64,000 nucleotides of DNA from Parcubacteria group bacterium M6-OD1-1 (GTDB taxonomy: Bacteria > Patescibacteriota > Minisyncoccia > GWC2-36-17 > M10-OD1-4), in NCBI GenBank assembly GCA_003056085.1, contig LSNK01000001.1:8481-72480 (forward strand), read 5' to 3'. A program made the translations under genes and the position numbers. The notes below the pieces were generated by a model. It was not told where the DNA came from and searched no databases. It saw only the letters and a list, made by a program, of their open reading frames with translations. How positions within the stretch are numbered: position 1 is the stretch's first letter; each line of letters starts with the position of its first letter. This document shows, in pieces, positions 62,223 to 64,000 of this stretch.

Positions 62223-62469
62223 CTGTTACTGAATATGCTTTCTTAGCAAAATTGATTTAATTTCAGACGAAAACGATAAAAATTGAAGAACTTATATTTT
62301 AATATAGGTGATGAAATTTTTATAGTTTGCAGGCGAAATTAAACAATTGTAGCAGAAATGATATTTAGTAATAGTCCCACTTACCAATTAACCGACGAGC
62401 CCTTAATTTAAAACATTGAAAAAACTTTGATTTTATTTGCTTTCCACATTTATTTTCGGCAAAACAAAA

Positions 62470-62616
62470 TCAAAATTCTTCTAAGATTTTTTCATAACAT
62501 CTTTTACAAAGATGAAACTTTATTACTTTATTGTCCTTGTCTGGAGGGCTCAACAAAATACCACCAAATTCATTTAGTACTTCATTGCACTTATCACAAA
62601 TAGGATCTATAGACAT
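62470..62616 (-). CDS. Small zinc-ribbon protein (48 aa, CxxC...CxxC)
   Basis: MSIDPICDKCNEVLNEFGGILLSPPDKDNKVIKFHLCKRCYEKILEEF. Confidence 0.5.
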   Translation of the reverse strand: MSIDPICDKCNEVLNEFGGILLSPPDKDNKVIKFHLCKRCYEKILEEF

Positions 62617-62641
62617 ATATGTACTGGATTAATTATTTTTG

Positions 62642-62712
62642 CGGGCCCTGAGGGAATCGAACCCCCGACCGAGGTTTTGGAGACCCCTATTATACCACTT
62701 AACTAAGAGCCC
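62642..62712 (-). tRNA. tRNA-Trp (anticodon CCA)
   Basis: GGGCTCTTAGTTAAGTGGTATAATAGGGGTCTCCAAAACCTCGGTCGGGGGTTCGATTCCCTCAGGGCCCG cloverleaf; CCA not encoded. Confidence 0.9.
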
Positions 62713-62775
62713 TAATCTGATATTATTTACAACTTTTATAAAGCAGACCCACTATTTATGCAGGTCTGCGTTTGA

Positions 62776-62934
62776 TTATTTCTTCTTTATTTCTTTATGA
62801 ACTTTGTGAGCTCTGCAAACCTTACAAAACTTTTTGTATTCCAACTTTCTTTGAACTGACTTTTTATTTTTTGTTGTCCAATAGTTGATGTTTTTGCAGT
62901 TGTCGCATTTCATCTTTATTAAGGTATCTTGTGA
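62776..62934 (-). CDS. rpmG: 50S ribosomal protein L33
   Basis: MSQDTLIKMKCDNCKNINYWTTKNKKSVQRKLEYKKFCKVCRAHKVHKEIKKK is the bL33 zinc-ribbon pattern. It lies between tRNA-Thr and tRNA-Trp, as in many bacteria. Confidence 0.85.
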   Translation of the reverse strand, partial: SQDTLIKMKCDNCKNINYWTTKNKKSVQRKLEYKKFCKVCRAHKVHKEIKKK

Positions 62935-62984
62935 CATATATTTAATCAGCTTTTAGCCTATTAGTTTTATTAATAAAATTTTGG

Positions 62985-63057
62985 AGCCGTTGTGCGGGAT
63001 TGAACCGCAGACCTCATCCTTACCATGGATGCGCTCTACCAACTGAGCTACAACGGC
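62985..63057 (-). tRNA. tRNA-Thr (anticodon GGT)
   Basis: GCCGTTGTAGCTCAGTTGGTAGAGCGCATCCATGGTAAGGATGAGGTCTGCGGTTCAATCCCGCACAACGGCT. Confidence 0.9.
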
Positions 63058-63295
63058 AAAATAGAAAAATATTCTAACTTACCCCCATTAGTAAGGAACT
63101 TCCAAATAGTAATATATTATTTAGATTTTTTCAATAGCAAGGCATAAAAAGAAAACACAAGGCTTATTTTAGACTTTTTAAATATCTTTTTGAAAATTAA
63201 AAAATACTTGACAAAATACATCTACTGGTGTATAGTTGAAGAACAGTTAGTTGAGAAATTATATTCAAATCATTATCCAAAGGAGGATTTTAGAA

Positions 63296-63648
63296 TGATT
63301 AAATTAGCAATTGGCAATAAAGAAAAAACTGTACTTTTAACAATCACCGCAATTCTACTACTTGCCCTATCGGCATACATCGGAGAACGTTTCCAGCCCT
63401 ACAAAATCACCAAAAATATCGGCTCTTATGCCGTTAAGCAGATTGCAACAGCAGACACGCACAAAAAAGCGCATGCCAGAGCATCAACCGAACGACATAT
63501 CAAATATGTCGTGAAAAAAGGCGACACTGTCTGGAATATATCCAAAAAATATAAAGTTCATCCGGAACTGTTGAAGTTTGCCAATCATCTGGGGAACAAC
63601 TCCAAAATCACCATTGGGCAAAGGCTCACAATTCCAAAAAACAGCTGA
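63296..63648 (+). CDS. LysM domain protein with N-terminal TM anchor
   Basis: AAAGGAGG RBS; C-terminal YVVKKGDTVWNISKKYKVHPELLKFANHLGNNSKITIGQRLTIP LysM motif. Confidence 0.75.
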
Positions 63649-63667
63649 GAGCAACCCTCAGCAAATT

Positions 63668-63701
63668 ACCCCGAAATCATCTGATTTCGGGGTTTTTTAT
63701 T
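63668..63701 (+). terminator. Rho-independent terminator (CCCCGAAATCATCTGATTTCGGGG + T7)
   Basis: Perfect stem plus a T-run after the LysM gene. Confidence 0.8.
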
Positions 63702-63831
63702 TAATATCAACCACATTTTCAATAACTCAACGGATTGAGTTATTGACCATATTTATTAAAAACGAGCTTCAATAAAAAAACCACTTTAAAACAAAAGCCC
63801 TAAGTGTTAACACTCGGGGTTTTTGTTTTTT

Positions 63832-63899
63832 TGGTGCGTGGTGAGGGACTCGAACCCCCGTAGGCATAAAGCCATCCCGTTATTTTAAAATTTACAGAG
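63832..63899 (-). other. Partial duplicate of the tRNA-Tyr 3' portion (anticodon-loop remnant CTGTAAAT through acceptor, with encoded CCA)
   Basis: A 38-nt identical block GGCTTTATGCCTACGGGGGTTCGAGTCCCTCACCACGC lies directly downstream of the intact gene. Confidence 0.6.
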
Positions 63900-63983
63900 T
63901 GCGTGGTGAGGGACTCGAACCCCCGTAGGCATAAAGCCGTCAGATTTACAGTCTGATGCGTTTGACCACTCCGCCAACCACGC
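63900..63983 (-). tRNA. tRNA-Tyr (anticodon GTA), long variable arm
   Basis: GCGTGGTTGGCGGAGTGGTCAAACGCATCAGACTGTAAATCTGACGGCTTTATGCCTACGGGGGTTCGAGTCCCTCACCACGCA. Confidence 0.85.
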
Positions 63984-64000
63984 ACTCTGGAAACTTTAAT

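Overview
This 64 kb window is AT-rich (about 30% GC) and uses the standard genetic code; rpoB and rpoC read through as single ORFs. It looks like a reduced, possibly CPR/Patescibacteria-like bacterial genome.

Most of it is housekeeping on both strands: an iscR-nifS-nifU cluster, cysS, dnaB-recR, rplU, a short uvrC-like gene, secG, a family-5 substrate-binding protein, a phosphohexomutase, ychF, rpsF-ssb-rpsR, recA, rodZ, ftsK, rpoC, rpoB, ftsW, gpsA, rpiB, gap, trxB, and pgsA/htpX/SemiSWEET/LemA. tRNAs for Ser, Trp, Thr and Tyr and rpmG are also present.

A 23S-5S rRNA locus sits on the minus strand with no 16S nearby. The 23S carries two group I introns: one at the E. coli L1931 site encoding a LAGLIDADG homing endonuclease, and an ORF-less one at the L2593 site.

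Accessory and degraded signals are frequent. The left edge holds a 5'-truncated HsdM-like N6 DNA methylase with a small XRE controller-like gene; the 64-aa XRE gene abuts the HsdM start, and both lie about 3.9 kb from tRNA-Ser. A serine-recombinase N-terminal fragment, an IS30-family transposase relic and duplicated tRNA 3' halves for Trp and Tyr suggest integrase footprints. Three homopolymer frameshifts hit an alpha/beta hydrolase, a Zn-ribbon mini-protein and a secreted M23 peptidase, and a fourth frameshift hits a snapalysin-like metzincin. The right side has a higher-GC cluster of secreted hydrolases. Orphan RelE-like and permuted sigma-like genes also occur.

The most novel-looking signal is a dispersed family of at least six intergenic structured repeats, roughly 90-170 nt each. 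Their central hairpin is preserved by compensatory base changes, and they do not encode a conserved peptide. Several other GC-rich islands in this AT-rich background look like structured RNAs, and recurring promoter or leader motifs (a 41-nt identical leader upstream of rpoC and of a glutaredoxin-like gene; an AACCTAACACCTATAAT leaderless promoter) are notable.
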